Source: Leucoraja erinacea (Eukaryota). Taken from it: a stretch of DNA of 64,000 nt. Of this stretch, positions 1 through 13,420 are shown in pieces (within the stretch, counting starts at the first letter, position 1; each line of letters begins with the position of its first letter). The position numbers were made by a program, and so were the translations under genes. The notes under the pieces were generated by a model that did no database searches, was not told the DNA's origin, and saw nothing but the letters and a program-made list of their open reading frames with translations. Where the stretch lies: the NCBI RefSeq assembly GCF_028641065.1, contig NC_073408.1:14384001-14448000 (forward strand). The letters run 5' to 3'.

Positions 1-239
1 AAAAAAGCCAATTATTCCCATTATCAGTTTACAAAGCAAAGTGACAAACAAAATCAACTAAATTGTTATACGACTAGTTTTGGCGAGTCGAGACTTTTGG
101 GTGCATGAAAAGTTCTTTATTTTAGAACACAAACAATGAGTCACGCGAGTCGAATAAGACAGCCAAAAATAATGTTGCTTCCACAAGTGTAGACACCAGA
201 CTGGCAGTTACTGACAGTTAAATCAAAAAAACAAACTTC

Positions 240-905
240 CAATAGAACACCCGCTGACGGAGATCCGCCAACACCGCCGGGGTGTCTTCTGGGTGCCCTC
301 GAACCGCATGGAGTAAATCCCCGGGCACGCGCAAAGCCGAGTCGTGGACCAATTCGGCGGACGATGCATCCAAATCTGCCTTGGGGGCCGTGCAAATGCC
401 TAAGAGGACCCAAGGCAACAGGTCTACCCAGTCTGGACTCGTGAACCATGCCTTCAGGGCCGCTTTCAAGTGGCGGTGGAACCACTCCATGAGTCCGTTT
501 GCCTGGGGGTGATAGGCGGTGGAGTGGTGCAACTGTGCCACCACTGGGAGGGCCGGGCGGAACATGGTGTCAGCCAGTACTTCCTGGCCACGTGGGTGCA
601 CCAGCATGGTGGCTCCAGCGAACGCCGCTTTTGCACCCTTGAGGCACTGGAAAAGGGGGCACATGATTCTGGCCGCCGCCAGCATGAAACGGTGGTAGAA
701 GTTTACCATACCGACAAACTCCTATAGGCCTTTCACAGTTGGCAGCCTGGGGAACTGCCGGATGGCCTCCACCTTAGAGGGCAATGGGGTGGCGCCCTGC
801 GAGGTGACGTTGTGGCCCAGGAATGAAATCATGCAGAGTCCAAACTGGCACTTGGCGGGATGACAGAGTAGTGGAGCCGCTGGAAAAGCATCCGCAGGTG
901 TACGA
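240..905 (-). mobile_element. Gypsy/Ty3 LTR retrotransposon pol fragment (RT C-terminus/linker and integrase core), internally deleted and frameshifted
   Basis: ORF 218..709 contains HHSTAYHPQANGLMEWFHRHLKAAL and WVDLLPWVLLGICTAPK (integrase core) plus MVNFYHRF. The adjacent frame gives PAKCQFG...SFLGHNVTSQGATPLPSKVEAIRQFPR (RT thumb). Confidence 0.9.
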
Positions 906-1627
906 GGTGCTCCTGTTGGGAGCGGTTCATGACCAGGATGAGTATAAATGGGGATCCTGTGGATAGGGTGAACTGTTTTAAATATCTGGGAGTCCACATC
1001 TCTGAGGATATGACATGGTCATCACACGCCTCAGCACTGGTGAGTAAGGCAAGGCAGCGCCTTTACCACCTCAGGCAATTGCGGAAATTCAGAGTGTCTC
1101 TGAGGATCCTCCAGTGCTTCTACGCAGCAGCAGTGGAAAGCATCTTGTCCGGGAACATTACAATCTGGTTCGGGAATTGCTCTGCCAAGGACAAGAAGGC
1201 TCTGCAGAGAGTAGTGCGTTCGGCCGAACGCACTATGGGAACTTCACTCACCCCCCTGCAGGAACTATACAACAAGAGGTGCAACTCCAGAGCAAATAAA
1301 ATCATGAGAGACCTCTTCCACCCCTGCAACAGACTGTTCCAGCCGCTGCGGTCAGGCAAACGCCTCCGTTGCCATGCAGTGAGAACGAAGAGGTTGAGAA
1401 GGAGTTTCTTCCCAGAGGCAATTCGGACTGTAAACGCCTTTCTCACCAGGGACTAACTGTACAGAACGTTTTTCCTTCTATTATTTATTACGTAAAATAA
1501 TATGTGTGATTGTGTTTAGAATTTGTTTGGTTGTTTTTGTTGTTCCGCGAGCATTGCCACTTTCATTTCACTGCACATCTCGTATGTGTATGCGACAAAT
1601 AAACTTGACTTGACTTGACTTGACTTG
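906..1627 (+). mobile_element. Rex1/Babar-type LINE, 5'-truncated 3' end, inserted into the Gypsy RT
   Basis: ORF 929..1456: VDRVNCFKYLGVHISEDMTWSSH...KARQRLYHLRQLRKF...SFFPEAIR. Followed by a 3' UTR, AATAAA and a (GACTT)n tail at about 1598-1627. Confidence 0.9.
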
Positions 1628-1935
1628 GATGTCATCGAGGTAAATGTAGATAAAGTTCAATCCCTGACCGACTATGTCCATTAGGCGCCGGAACACCCGA
1701 GCTGCGTTCTTCAAACCGAAGGGCATGCGGAGCCACTCAAACAGCCTGAACGGGGTGATGGTGGCAGTTTTGGGCACGTCTACCGGGCGCACAGGGATCT
1801 GGTGATAACACTGGACCAGGTCCACCTTGCAGAAAAAGATGGTGCCCTCCAGATGGGCCGAAAAGTCCTGTCGATGTGGGACCGGGTAGCAGTCCACGGT
1901 TGTAATGGCGTTCAGGCGCCTGTAATCCCCGCGCC
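1628..1935 (-). mobile_element. Gypsy RT N-terminal part (continuation of 240-905)
   Basis: GDYRRLNAITTVDCYPVPH...KVDLVQCYHQIPV...KTATITPFRLFEWLRMPFGLKNAA...IYIYLDDI. The YLDD motif abuts the LINE tail. Confidence 0.92.
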
Positions 1936-1985
1936 TGCAATTACATGCGTACGCACAGCCGTCTGGAGCGTGTGACATCATTTGA

Positions 1986-2174
1986 AGATGGACACAAAGC
2001 TGGAGTAACTCAGCAGGACCGGCAGCATCTCTGGAGAGAAGCAATGGGTGATGTTTCAGGTCGAGACTCTTCTTCAGTCTGAAAAGAAGGGTCTTGACCC
2101 GAAACGTCACCCATTGCTTCTCTCCAGAGATGCTGCCAGTCCCGCTGAGTTACTCCTGCATTTTCTGTCCATCT
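1986..2174. repeat. Fold-back (inverted) pair of Penelope-derived short repeats
   Basis: agatggacacaaagctggagtaactcagc...cttcttcag and its reverse complement gaagggtcttgacccgaaacgtcacccattgc...ttttctgtccatct, centred at about 2078. Confidence 0.85.
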
Positions 2175-2496
2175 CCATTTTTCTTGGCCCCGCTCTGGCA
2201 GTAGAAGCGGGTGCGGATCCGGACCGCAATAGCCGCGAGCCCCAGGCTGAGTTCGGCGATCATTTGCCTGCTTCTGCTGCTGTTGAAGGTGAGATGTTGC
2301 GTCACACCAGGGTCTTGGGTCTGTCCCACTTTGGCCTTCAGTTCCACGACAGGCCGCTGGCGCGCGAAGATTTCGTTCACTGCAAGAATTTTGGAGCCTC
2401 GCGCGATGTCGGGACCGGCTCCGTACAACTCCATACCCCTCCGCGCTTCTAAGTGGGACCGGCCCCGCGCGGCCATACAGTGCAACCACAGGCCCT
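2175..2496. mobile_element. PIF/Harbinger-like non-autonomous DNA transposon end
   Basis: GC-rich segment ending ...taagtgggaccggccc...cacaggccc|tta. It resembles the terminus of the MITE at 6489-6811, and a TTA flank fits Harbinger TWA targets. Confidence 0.5.
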
Positions 2497-3089
2497 TAAT
2501 TGTGGAATCTAATTGACTATGATACTGCCTTGAATGCTGATTTGGAATAAGGTGTAGAAACAAGGAACTGCAGATGCTGGTTAATACACTAAAGGACACA
2601 AAGTGCTGGAGTAATGCAACAGGTCAGGCAGCATCTCTGGGGAACATGGATAGGTGACATTTCAGGTCGACACCCTTCTTCAGACACATCACCCTTTCAT
2701 GACTTTATGGTAATGGAGTGAACCCAAGACTATTTGCATGTCACATTAACTTTTGCAGGTAATTAAAGTCCCAAGTCTGTGGCACATTGGGAAGGTTAGG
2801 TTTTTACCTGCCAAAGAACAAAACATGTTTTTGCCTTGATCTTGAGCCAGATTTGGCAGTAAACATCATTACATGAAAAACGAGTTCTTGATTATCTATG
2901 TCAGTGTCACGGGCTCAGTAATCACTCCGTGCTGTGGAATGGATATTTTTCCCTTGCAGCTGTGCAAACCTTCTATTACTCAGATTATCTGGATGACCTT
3001 CCTTTTAAATTGGGAGCCTTTTTGCCATTTTTCTTTTTGCTTTCCAATACCCTTAAGCAAATCATCCGACTTTAGATATCCAATGTGAA

Positions 3090-3358
3090 AATAGGCACTT
3101 CAGCCCACGCCGACCAACAATCACCCCGTACACCAACACTATTTTACATACTAGGGACAATTTACAATTTTACTGAAGCCAATTAACCTACAAACCTACA
3201 CATCTTTGGAGCATAGGAGGAAACCGGAGCACCTAGAGAAAACCCACACGGTCACAGGAGAACCTACAAACTCCGCACAAACAACACCCAGTCAAGATCA
3301 AACGTGGGACTCTGGCGCTGTAACGTAGCAACTCTACCGTCACGCCACTCTGCCGCCC
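3090..3358 (-). mobile_element. tRNA-derived V-SINE (HE1-like)
   Basis: Reverse complement of the family seen intact at 56690 (gccaattaacctacaaacct...gagaaaacccacacggtcacaggagaacctacaaactcc). Confidence 0.85.
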
Positions 3359-6300
3359 TTCTGCTACATAAGAAAATAAAACGACTGGTTCATTAATGTC
3401 TTTTGGAGGAGGAATTCCCATCTGGCCAATGGAGCTCCATACCCATAGCAATATGATTCAATATTAATTGCCTTCTGAAAACATCCAGCAAGCCAATCAG
3501 TTCAACGGCTCAGATATGGCTGCTTTAGTGACACGCGTCACCACTGACCATTGGCAGTGAATGCCACTTCCTGTAGATGCATAAATAAAGGTTATGTAAA
3601 TAAACATCATGGAGATGCAATACCAAAGTGACTGAATTAATAAGTAATTATTCATACATAGAATTGGAGATGCAATTCTTCTTGAAAGCAAAAAACTGCA
3701 GCTGCAGGAAATCAGAAGTAAACATGGAAAACATTGGAGATGCTCATTAGGTCAGGTTCTTCTTCTTATCGAGTCCACACACAAGATTAGAAGTTGTTCA
3801 GCCAGAGCTCGGCATCTGCATATAATGGTGTCTGTCTTGTCATTTCTTGTGCGTGATGGTGGAAAGATTGGTGGAAACAGGGCCGAGATGTGAATGCCTT
3901 TTCCTTGACCCCGTAGGTCAGGTAGAAGCCACGGATCAAGAAACTGAACTTAAGTTTCAACGTAATGAACTCAGCATTCAACAGCAGCTGTGGAGGGAGG
4001 AACAGAGGTCTTGGATTCTGAGCACTTCCAGCATTTCTTGTGTATCAATTTGAAATTGCACTTACCAGATCTACAAGTGAATTGCCATCGTATTTTAGCT
4101 GTTTAATTTTAGTTGAGCTGGATTTGGAAAATGATGACCAGTGTTAAAGACTGCTATTTACAGTCAGACTGAAAGCAATTTACGAAAACCGTACAAAAGC
4201 AATACAAAAAGCAAATGGTGTTTTATCTTTAATTTGGTAAATGACTAACATTGCCTGCCTAGATCGAGTAAAGGAGCAGGTATGCATTTCACTCTAGAAA
4301 TTCATTTTCATTAATTAATCTGATGTTTTCATTAGATTTGGGGCTAGACATTGTGAGCTCAAACTGCAAAGGCTCGGACACCAGTCATTCAGTTCAATCG
4401 CAAAATTGAAACTGCACAGATGAACAGGGATACAGAACTCGTGAGATTTCGTCCAATTGTCTGCGTCAAAATCGAAACCACATTTCTTCAAGAAAATTAT
4501 TTTTAATTTAATCATAATTTGAGCAGAAGAAACATTTCAAACCTTTCCTACCGTGTGATTTGAGAAGGGAATAACATACATGCGGGGTAGCATCTTTAAT
4601 TACTTTCAGAAAAAGTTGAGAACTTTATCTGCCTTCAAGGAAACAATCAGTGTGTGTATAATGGAAAAGCTGCTGTGGTTATTTTCAAAGCATCATTTAT
4701 TTTGCCCCCCAAAAAATTACATTTCACTGACTATCCAACACATGTTCGTGGGAATTCAACCTTTTTTGGCCTTTCTTTTCAATAAACAGGATGCAACTTG
4801 AAACATGTTGTGCCTCTTTTAGATTGCTCTCATTTCCTCTTTATGATCATTCCATTAGCACTTTCTGTCAAGATTGACTTCAATGCATCCATCATGTCTC
4901 ACTTGTGAAATAATTTCTGGTCATAACTTACAATATTTGTAAAGAAAACACAACAAAATGAGGATTATATCATGATGCAATAGTCAACTGTCCATGAAAT
5001 AATGTGACCCACAGGTCATCTATAAGAGATCGAGAGGTCTATGAACTGGTAACCATGATAGAGCTACAATCTCTGGACTTAGTGCTGCCATTGAGCTCAG
5101 GTACTCGGGGCCACTGTGAACATAGGCACCAATTTTCCCACTCCATAGTTGGGAAATCAATGAACCTTCCTTATCCTCGATTCTGCCAACCTCATTTTCC
5201 GTAACCTCAAACATTTCTCTATCACCTCCATGGCAGCCACAGTTCTCGTGGAGAGATCTCTTTAGTGCCGACTGTCACTACAACAGAGATGAGAGGGAAT
5301 TGGAGGGATTGTGGAGAATGGATGGGGTGCCAGTTCTTAACTACAAAGGATTCAGATTAAGTTTATCAACATGAATGAGTGCAAATCATAAATAACAAGT
5401 TCTTAAAAGGCATTACCAATTGCATTTTTTTGGGGCACCATATTTGGCCTAAGTACTATGCATAATACCAAAAACAGCACACTAATAATTACATCTCATT
5501 TCCTGGTATTGAAGTACCAATTATAAACTGTTGGTTTACAAAGAGTACATTTAAGAATGCATTTAATAGGGGTTGATGCATCAACATTACACATAATTGA
5601 ATTAATAGCCTAAATGTCTTTTGCATGTGACATTAATCACCATCTAATTCAAAAGTAAATTATTATTAATTCCTTTATCATTTACGATTCTTAATTGAAA
5701 TTATCAAGGATTAGACGATAAACCATGTGGAAGGAATTGTAGATGTTGGTTTGTTCCGAAGATAGACACAAAATGCTGGAGTAACAAAATGCTGGGTCAG
5801 GCAGCATCATTGGAGAAAAGGAATAGGTGACGTTTAGGGTTAGAACCCTTCTTCAGAGCAATTAAAGAGTTACTCAATTCAGACAAAAGAAGGTAAGATG
5901 TTATAACATGACGTGTTCCAATTTTTAATTGAAAGTAGTAATTGAGCAGATGTGAATCTGTAGGAATAGCAAGAAATGTACTAAACTTGTGGGCTGCGTT
6001 CAGTATCTATATAATTTCTCTGGTTAGCCATGGATTCCAACATGGCTAGACCCAGTTAGCATGTGGTCTTTTAATGTAAAGTTTACTCGTGGCTTACTTT
6101 GCAAGACATTTTAAATACCAAATTGTCCCCAAGTGTACAAATTCTCCATTAATTAAAAGCAAAATACTATGCATAGAATGTAAATCACACAGTTCATTCT
6201 TAGGTCAAAAACATTTACAGGTAAAAGAAAAAATATGAAATGCCATCTCAGGTCCTCTCTCCATAGACATTGTTCAAACTCCATCAATTTTGTTTACTAC

Positions 6301-6488
6301 CAAGTTATCTTTTCAGCATCAGTTATATTTTACTTTTGCGATCTTATGTGCAAATTTAAAAGGCTTCATAGGAAAACTGCACTAAGTCTATTTCAGCAGA
6401 AATTCTACAAATTTCAAATTTACTTCAGCAGGTTTTCCAAAGTTAAAGATGACAGCAGTCTTTGTATGGTCAAAAAGAAAAACAAACT

Positions 6489-6811
6489 TGTCCCACTTAC
6501 GCGACTTTTTCGGCGACTGCCGGCACCCGTCATAGGTCGTTCTAGATCGCTGAAAATTTTAAACTCGTTGAAAATCCAGCGGCCACCAGAACAAGGTACG
6601 ACTCTTTGGGTGACTACTCACGACCATACAGGCTTTACCCCGTGACACGTCGCCAGGGTCTCGCCTGTATGGTCGTGAGTAGTCTCCTAGTCACCCAAAG
6701 AGTCGTAGCATCTTTCTGGTCGCCACTGCATTTTCAACATGTTGACAATTTTCGACGACCTATGACGGGTGCCGGCAGTCGCCAAAAAAGTTGCGTAAGT
6801 GGGACAGGCCC
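6489..6811. mobile_element. Palindromic MITE, probably PIF/Harbinger family
   Basis: Long inverted arms: tgtcccacttacgcgactttttcggcgactgccggcacccgtcataggtcg ... cgacctatgacgggtgccggcagtcgccaaaaaagttgcgtaagtgggacaggccc. The interior is also self-complementary. Confidence 0.85.
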
Positions 6812-7779
6812 TTTAGTGTTCCTCGCTGGGAAAGGCTGTGAGCTAAAATACTTTAAGCACCATAGCACACATTTATATTCAATCATACCACTGCATCGTC
6901 TGAAACAATTCATATTAGCTCTCAAATGTTTTTAAGTTTCTAAGCACAAAAGTTAATATCAACAATGTTCAAAACATGCAAATTGTGCACATAGTTTAAC
7001 AGTAATAAGTAAAGTACAAGTATTTAATTAAATACATATTATGCTTTTTTGGAAAACTGGAGAATAAAAGATTAATTTTCCAATTTATAATTTTAAATTT
7101 GAAGAACAGACATTAGGAAAGAATAAAAATTGCATCGGGTACAAAACCAAAGCTTGTTTTGGTACCAGTCTGTCTCTTGGTGCTAATGGAAAATAGGTGC
7201 AGGAGAGGCTCTTGGCCCTGCACTGCAGGATCAAATGAAAGAGAGAAAAAAAAAATCCACATCTGGTCAGATCTAAACAATTTTTATTCACCAGATGTGG
7301 ATTTTGATTCAGATTGGCAATCTGATTGTCAGGCTAAAGAAATGTGCACATCTGTTTGTAAACCATCACAATATTTTAAGCAAAAAAACAACGTTCATAA
7401 TTTGGTCGGGGCAAAGTAAATAGCAACCTGCTGAAATAAAAAAGGCAGTCATCCTATTGATATTTACATTGATGTTGGTTTATTAATGCCATGTGTACCA
7501 AGGTACAGTAAACATCTTTGATTTGGTGCTATCTAGGCAAATCACACCATACATGAGTGCATCAGGTAATGCAAAAGAGAACATAAACAGAGTGGTGTAT
7601 ATTGTGTTACAATTACAGAGAAATTGCAGATTAAAGGAAGTACATGAGCTGTAACAAGTAGATTGGAAGTGGTCCTTTCAAATGTTTGATAAAATTGATG
7701 AAGAAGCTTTGTCAATCTGGTGAATCATGCTTTTAAACGTTTGTATCTTCTGCCCAGGTGCAAATCTGCTAGGTGTAGT

Positions 7780-8078
7780 ACATGAACACCCAAGGGGGTG
7801 GGTGACATAATTCCACTGATCTGGTGTTCGTCTGAAAGGGGAATGTCATTGCTAGTGATTCTGGCTGGTAGTCCATTATAGCATGCAAGGTTTGGCAGAA
7901 TCAAGTCTCTTTGTGGTTTCGTCTCTTGGGATTCCTGATGTCTTTGTGATGGTGCTACCTAGATTTCTTGTACACAGTTCATCCATTGTTTCCAGTTGGG
8001 GAACACCCAGATTGACATCTGTGACATGCAGTCCTTTAAACACTTATTGATGAACCCTGTGACAAAACCAGTGTACCC
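7780..8078 (-). mobile_element. Degenerate Rex1/Babar-type LINE fragment
   Basis: Minus-strand reading YTGFVTGFINKCLKDCMSQMSIWVFPNWKQWMN matches the FPNQKPWMN region of the copy at 15948-16301. Confidence 0.6.
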
Positions 8079-8149
8079 ACTTAGGGGCGAGTGCTTGAAC
8101 ATGGACCAGTCCACCGACTCAAACAGTAACGTAGGAGCTCATGTTTCAA

Positions 8150-9505
8150 GGGCGATCTCACGGTGCGACCTGAAGCAAGACCTAACAAGAGTGTAACATC
8201 GTGGGAACCTTCTGCGATAGCTGTACGGCATTCGTGGACCACCGAGGACCTCCGTGGCGCTGACGGCAGGCAGTCGTGTGACTTGGTAAGGTCGGGAGAA
8301 AATTCAAACATTTTTGAATTTCTCCAAGAGTGTCTTGAGCAGCGTTGCAACATTGTATGAGTGCAGATGCCAGTGCGATATCCTTGCGATATCCGTGCAA
8401 TATCCGTAATGACTCTTACGAGTACCGTGGGAACTCCTGCAAACGGCAAACCCGGAAGCTTGACAGAAGGGGCATAAGGTGAGGTTAAATACATATATTT
8501 TTTACTATCAGATTGATGTCTGCAACTCTTCATTAACACATCACTACAAGAGGAATGTCTCTAATGTTATAATCCCTCTCATGCTGAAACACAAAAATAG
8601 TTGAAGGGAGGTTAAATAATCACATTTTTATTCTTTTTCATTTTTGAGTGTTGCTGAGCGATTGTACTCTCACTTGTTGAGCTATTGTACTCCAGCAGTT
8701 TGTGTCTCTTTTTGTCTGAAAGCAGTTTCTAACTGGAGGAACTCCGTGGGCCAGGCAGCATCTACGGAGGGAAATTGACAGGCGAGCCTTTCCTCAGGCT
8801 GCCTTATCTCTCTCTACCCCCCCCCCCCCCCCTCCTCCCCCCCCTCCCCCCAACTGCCACCCACACACACAAATGCTGGAGAAACTCAGCGGGTGCAGCA
8901 GGATCTATGGAACGAAGGAAATAGGCAACGTTTCGGCCCGAAAAGTTGCCTATTTCTTGTGCATATGTCGGAAGGAACAGCAGATGCCGGTTTAAAGAGA
9001 ATGAGTAACTCGACGGCAGGCAGCATCTTTTGGGAGAAGGAATGGGTGACATTTCGGGTCGAGACCCTTCTGATATGCTGCTTGTCCCGCTGAGCTACAT
9101 GTTGTGTCTATCTTCGTTTTAATCCAGCATCTGCAGATCCCTCCTGGCCGAACCCGATTGAAAGATGAGAGGCTGGGCGATAGAAATCATTAATTGAATT
9201 AAATAACTAGATACCTGTCTAATCGTATCTACAGGATTGTACAGGCTAGATGGAGGAAGAATGTTCCCGATGTTGGGGGAGTCCAGAACCAGGGTCCCAG
9301 TTTTACAGTCTACCATGGGAACTCTTTAATTACAGCGGGAAACCTTCAGTTTCCCAGGGGGTCGGGACGGGACTGGAGTTGGGAGGGAAAGGTGGGGGAG
9401 TCGAGGGAGAGGAGGGGGAGACAGATGGGGGTGTCTTCATTTAGTGGCGGTGGGTGTCTGTCACTGAAACAGGCAGGTGAGATTTCACATTCACCTTGTG
9501 TGTGC

Positions 9506-9536
<31 letters not shown>

Positions 9537-10362
9537 CCTTCCTCTCACACAGGCATGAATGGATGAACTCCACGGGCCAGGCAGCATCTACGGAGGGAAA
9601 TGGACAGGCGACCCATTCTTCAGGCTGCCTTATGTCTCTCTCCCCCCCCCAACTCCCACCCACACACGCGAATGCTGGAGAAACTCAGCGGGTGCAGCAG
9701 CATCTATGGAACAAAGGAAATAGACAACGTTTTGGCCCCGCTGCACCCGCTGATTTTCTCCAGAGAGAGTGTGTGTGTGGGTGGGAGGAGAGAGAGTGTG
9801 TCCAGGTCAGTCCTTTGAAGATCTTGGAGCAACTCAGCGGGACAGGCAGCATCTCTGGAGAGAAGGAACGGGTGGCGTTTCGGGTCAAGAGCCTTCTTCA
9901 GACTGAAAGTTTCACCTCTCAGTAGATCATAAAATAACACAATCATCACGGTCAATGTGAGATACAGTGTTTATTCATATTTGACAAAATAAAAAGACGA
10001 CTTCTTGCACATTGAGAGAAGGTGCATCATACAAAACAACATTTGTCTAAAAAAAGACAGATTATTCTTCAGCTCATTAAAGGGCTCCGGTGAAAAAAAC
10101 CTATAATAGTGTGTGACAACAAAGTAACATCATTTGTGCCACGTGATTAACTACACTACAGACCACGATGTTCATTCACGATTAACGGGAAAGATCGGGA
10201 GACGGACAAGTCACTCGCAAAAATGACAGAATTGCAGAGTACCGTGGGAACTCTTTATCTACCTCCCGCTATATCGTGCGGAACTCTTGCGGAACTCTTA
10301 CTGGACCACGACCACTTCACTCGGGAGAGATCTTGCATCAGGTCGCACCGTGAGATCTAGCC
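8150..10362. mobile_element. TIR DNA transposon (Harbinger-like, non-autonomous) with nested repeats
   Basis: Left end gatctcacggtgcgacctgaagcaaga (about 8154-8180) is the near-perfect reverse complement of right end tcttgcatcaggtcgcaccgtgagatc (about 10331-10357). The subterminal motif gagtaccgtgggaactc occurs at about 8420 and 10237. Confidence 0.65.
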
Positions 10363-12428
10363 ATTATTCAGACAAATACTGTTCTACTTTCAATACCAAA
10401 TCCTATTGATTCAGTTTCTTCTTGTATGCAGGAAGGAAGAGCAGAGTCTGTAAGTCAGATGTGTCGCAGTGTTCGAGGGCATTTGAGCCTCTGGTGGGGC
10501 AGGACACGTGCTGATAGTATCTTGGTAGCTCACAGGTCGGCCTGGTCTAGCCCAAACATTGAAGAACAAGTCCTTAGGGTATTTCGTTTCAAGGCTATTG
10601 GTTGTGGATCACACTACGGTGATTGATTTGCAGAGAACCAGACAAAATATATTCATTTTTTGAATTTGCTTTGACCTGCAACTTTATCACAAAAAATGTA
10701 ATTCCACAGATTTTAAATATTAATGCAAGAGTCTGTTCAGCTTCTGAAGATACATTGATTACATGTTGAGAATGCAACAGGAGTGATTAGATCCCCAAAA
10801 TCTCTATGTACATATTTCCAAGCATCTGTCCCAAGGAACATTACATGCAACACGACATTAGAACTATTCTTAAATTCACCCGTGACAAATGCACAATTCA
10901 CAAGACACAGATACAGACATATACGAAACATGATGTCACAAATGTCGTTGTTACTGTTACAATTGGAATCTGAGATTAAAACGTCACAACCATTATGAAT
11001 TATCCATCACTTATCTCCAGCAAGATGAGATAAGATTATTTCTTCATACTTATTTTCTGATGGTGTAGTGTATAAATAGGCCATCCCCAGCTTAGAACCA
11101 CCATTTGCTGCAACTGGGAATACGATCATTAGACTAGGTACTCCGATTCAATAGTGTGCTTGGAAAATGTTGATTATTTATATGATTCATTTGTATGAAC
11201 TTTTAATTTTAAATAACAATCAGATCGGCACTTCAATGTTATCACATGATTTGATCAGTACAACTGCTGCATGTGAGCAAACTAGCATCCTTTACAGAAG
11301 ATTAGTTTCATCACCATAACTTGCTTGTCCAGCCCCATTCCCAGAGTACCATAGTTATTTGCTCTCACAGTTAGCACAGATACACTTAATCCAAGAGCAA
11401 AAATTACCGAATTTAGTTCACAAAAATATTTTCATTCGTATATTTAGAATGATGGACAGGAAATAATGTCAATTCCAAATTAGAAATGACCTGAATTATT
11501 TTGGTTCTGTACTGTTTGAATAAATGTTAAACAGGTCTGTATACAGGACTTCAAATTTCCTTGTTGTAATTGGATAAATGTGAAGGCCGTAATCGCAGCA
11601 CAATATTGAAGCAGAGAGATGGGGTGATGTCCCTACTTACCCTTCTCCAAACTTGCAATATACCTCTGACTTGTGAGTTCAAAGAGTCAACATTTTTAAT
11701 TTTAATTTTTACCTGCTTTGTTAAAAATAATGAAATTAATTGTACTAATTACAGTTTCATCTTTTAAAACAGAATGTCAAAAGACAAAGTTCGCCTCAAG
11801 GGGAAGTAGGAGAAGTAGTTTACCACAAACTAAATATTGCTGTATTGGCATTGACTGAACCAAAAAACACATTCAGTGGAGAGGCTTGGAAGGACTTTTT
11901 AATGACCAATACCACTAACTATTGTCACTAACCATTGTTTTTGTAATTTGTATTTTTATATCCAGTACTGCATTTGTATATGGCCCTCTGAAGCCTCACA
12001 AAATCAGAACTATTTTAAAAGATATTTTAAATTATTTGATAATGTAAAAATAAATCTATCTCGTTAGTATACAATAAATTTCAAAACACTGTTCGCAGTA
12101 TATGGCTTGTAACTTTAGGTAGTCATGGATGCTTAACAGTTAAATGCACAGAAGCATTACAAATCATAATTCATATCCAGCTGAAATGCCCTCTTATCAC
12201 AATAGACAAAGGAATGTTCAATATATGGCCCAAAATGTCATGCATACAAGCTGAAAGTGTTACGTATTATTGCAACTTTTCAGGATTGTTCCTCAGATGA
12301 CCATAATTGAAATGTTGCTGGAGCACGTTTTGCAAATATCCTCTTTATATTGCACATTACTTGAATGGGAAATGACCTTTCAAGAACTGCAGGTTTTCAG
12401 AACTCGGTATCTCGCAACATTTGCGTTT

Positions 12429-12490
12429 CTACAAGAGGAATGGAAAATTCCAAATGACCACAGCAAGTGGGAGTAGCAGCAAGAACGGAC
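12429..12490 (-). CDS. IgSF gene last coding exon: C-terminal hydrophobic segment (probable GPI-anchor signal) and stop
   Basis: Acceptor cttctattcttttcAG. Phase 1 G|GT then PFLLLLPLAVVIWNFPFLL and TAG. No charged cytoplasmic tail. Confidence 0.82.
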
Positions 12491-12894
12491 CTGAAAAGAA
12501 TAGAAGTTTTGCATGAATTACACAAATTATTTTTCAAAGCATCTAAAGCACGTCAATGATACAAATTGATCTGATGGTCGAATTCTTTACAATTTAATCA
12601 TCATAAGGACAAATTCAATCGTGCATTTTCAGAGGATGAGTTGGGCAATTGATCATTCCTGTTGTATGAGGTGCTTAGAGATTCGGCCTTGTGTTGCAAT
12701 ATTAATCATTTATTTATGTGAAGTGGACATCACTGTTATTCAATGACCACCCCATTTGTCTCTCAGGATCCAGAAATGCTGCCTGCCCAACTGAGTTACT
12801 CCAACATTTTGTGTCTATCTTAGATTTAAATCAGCATCTGCAGTTCTTCCCTACACACTAGAATTATTTCAATCCTTCTCGTGAATGGAATTAC

Positions 12895-13420
12895 ATAGTT
12901 ACATAGACAATAGGTGCAGGAGTAGGCCCTTCAGCCCTTCGAGCCAGAACCACCATTCAATGTGGTTATGGCTGATCATCCACAATTAGTACCCCGTTCC
13001 TGCCTTCTCCCCATATCCCATGATTCAACTAGCCCCAAGAGCTCTATCTAAGTCTCTTTTGAATGCATCCAGTGAATCAGCCCCCACTGCCTTCTGAGGC
13101 AGAGAATTCCACAAATTTACAACTCTCTGGGTGAAAATGTTTTTCCTCATCTCAGTTCTAAATGGCCTACCCCTTATTCTTAAACTGTGGTCCCTGGTTC
13201 TGGACTCCCACTACATCGGGAACACGTTTCCCGCATCTAGCATATGTCCTTCCTCAAATTAGGAGGCCAAATCGGCACACAATACTTCAGGTGTGGTCTC
13301 ACCAGGGTCATGTACAACCGCAGAAGGACCTCTTTGCTCCTTTACTCAACTCCTCTTGTTATAAAGGCCAGCATGCCATTAGCTTTCTTCACTGCCTGCT
13401 GTGTCTGTATGCTTACTTCC
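12895..13420 (-). mobile_element. CR1 (HER1-like) LINE 3' fragment, intronic
   Basis: Reverse complement of the CR1 3' region seen at 46565-47165 (GVE*RSKEVLL..., ctcttggggctag, catagacaataggtgcaggagtaggcc tail). Confidence 0.85.

Noticed and set aside
10737-10931. Minus-strand ORF starting MFRICLYLCLVNCAFVTG, which resembles a signal-peptide exon with a GTGAAT donor
   Set aside because: No downstream phase-compatible exon with a recognisable domain was found, and nearby acceptors lead to early stops. Probably 3' UTR or flank of the IgSF gene.
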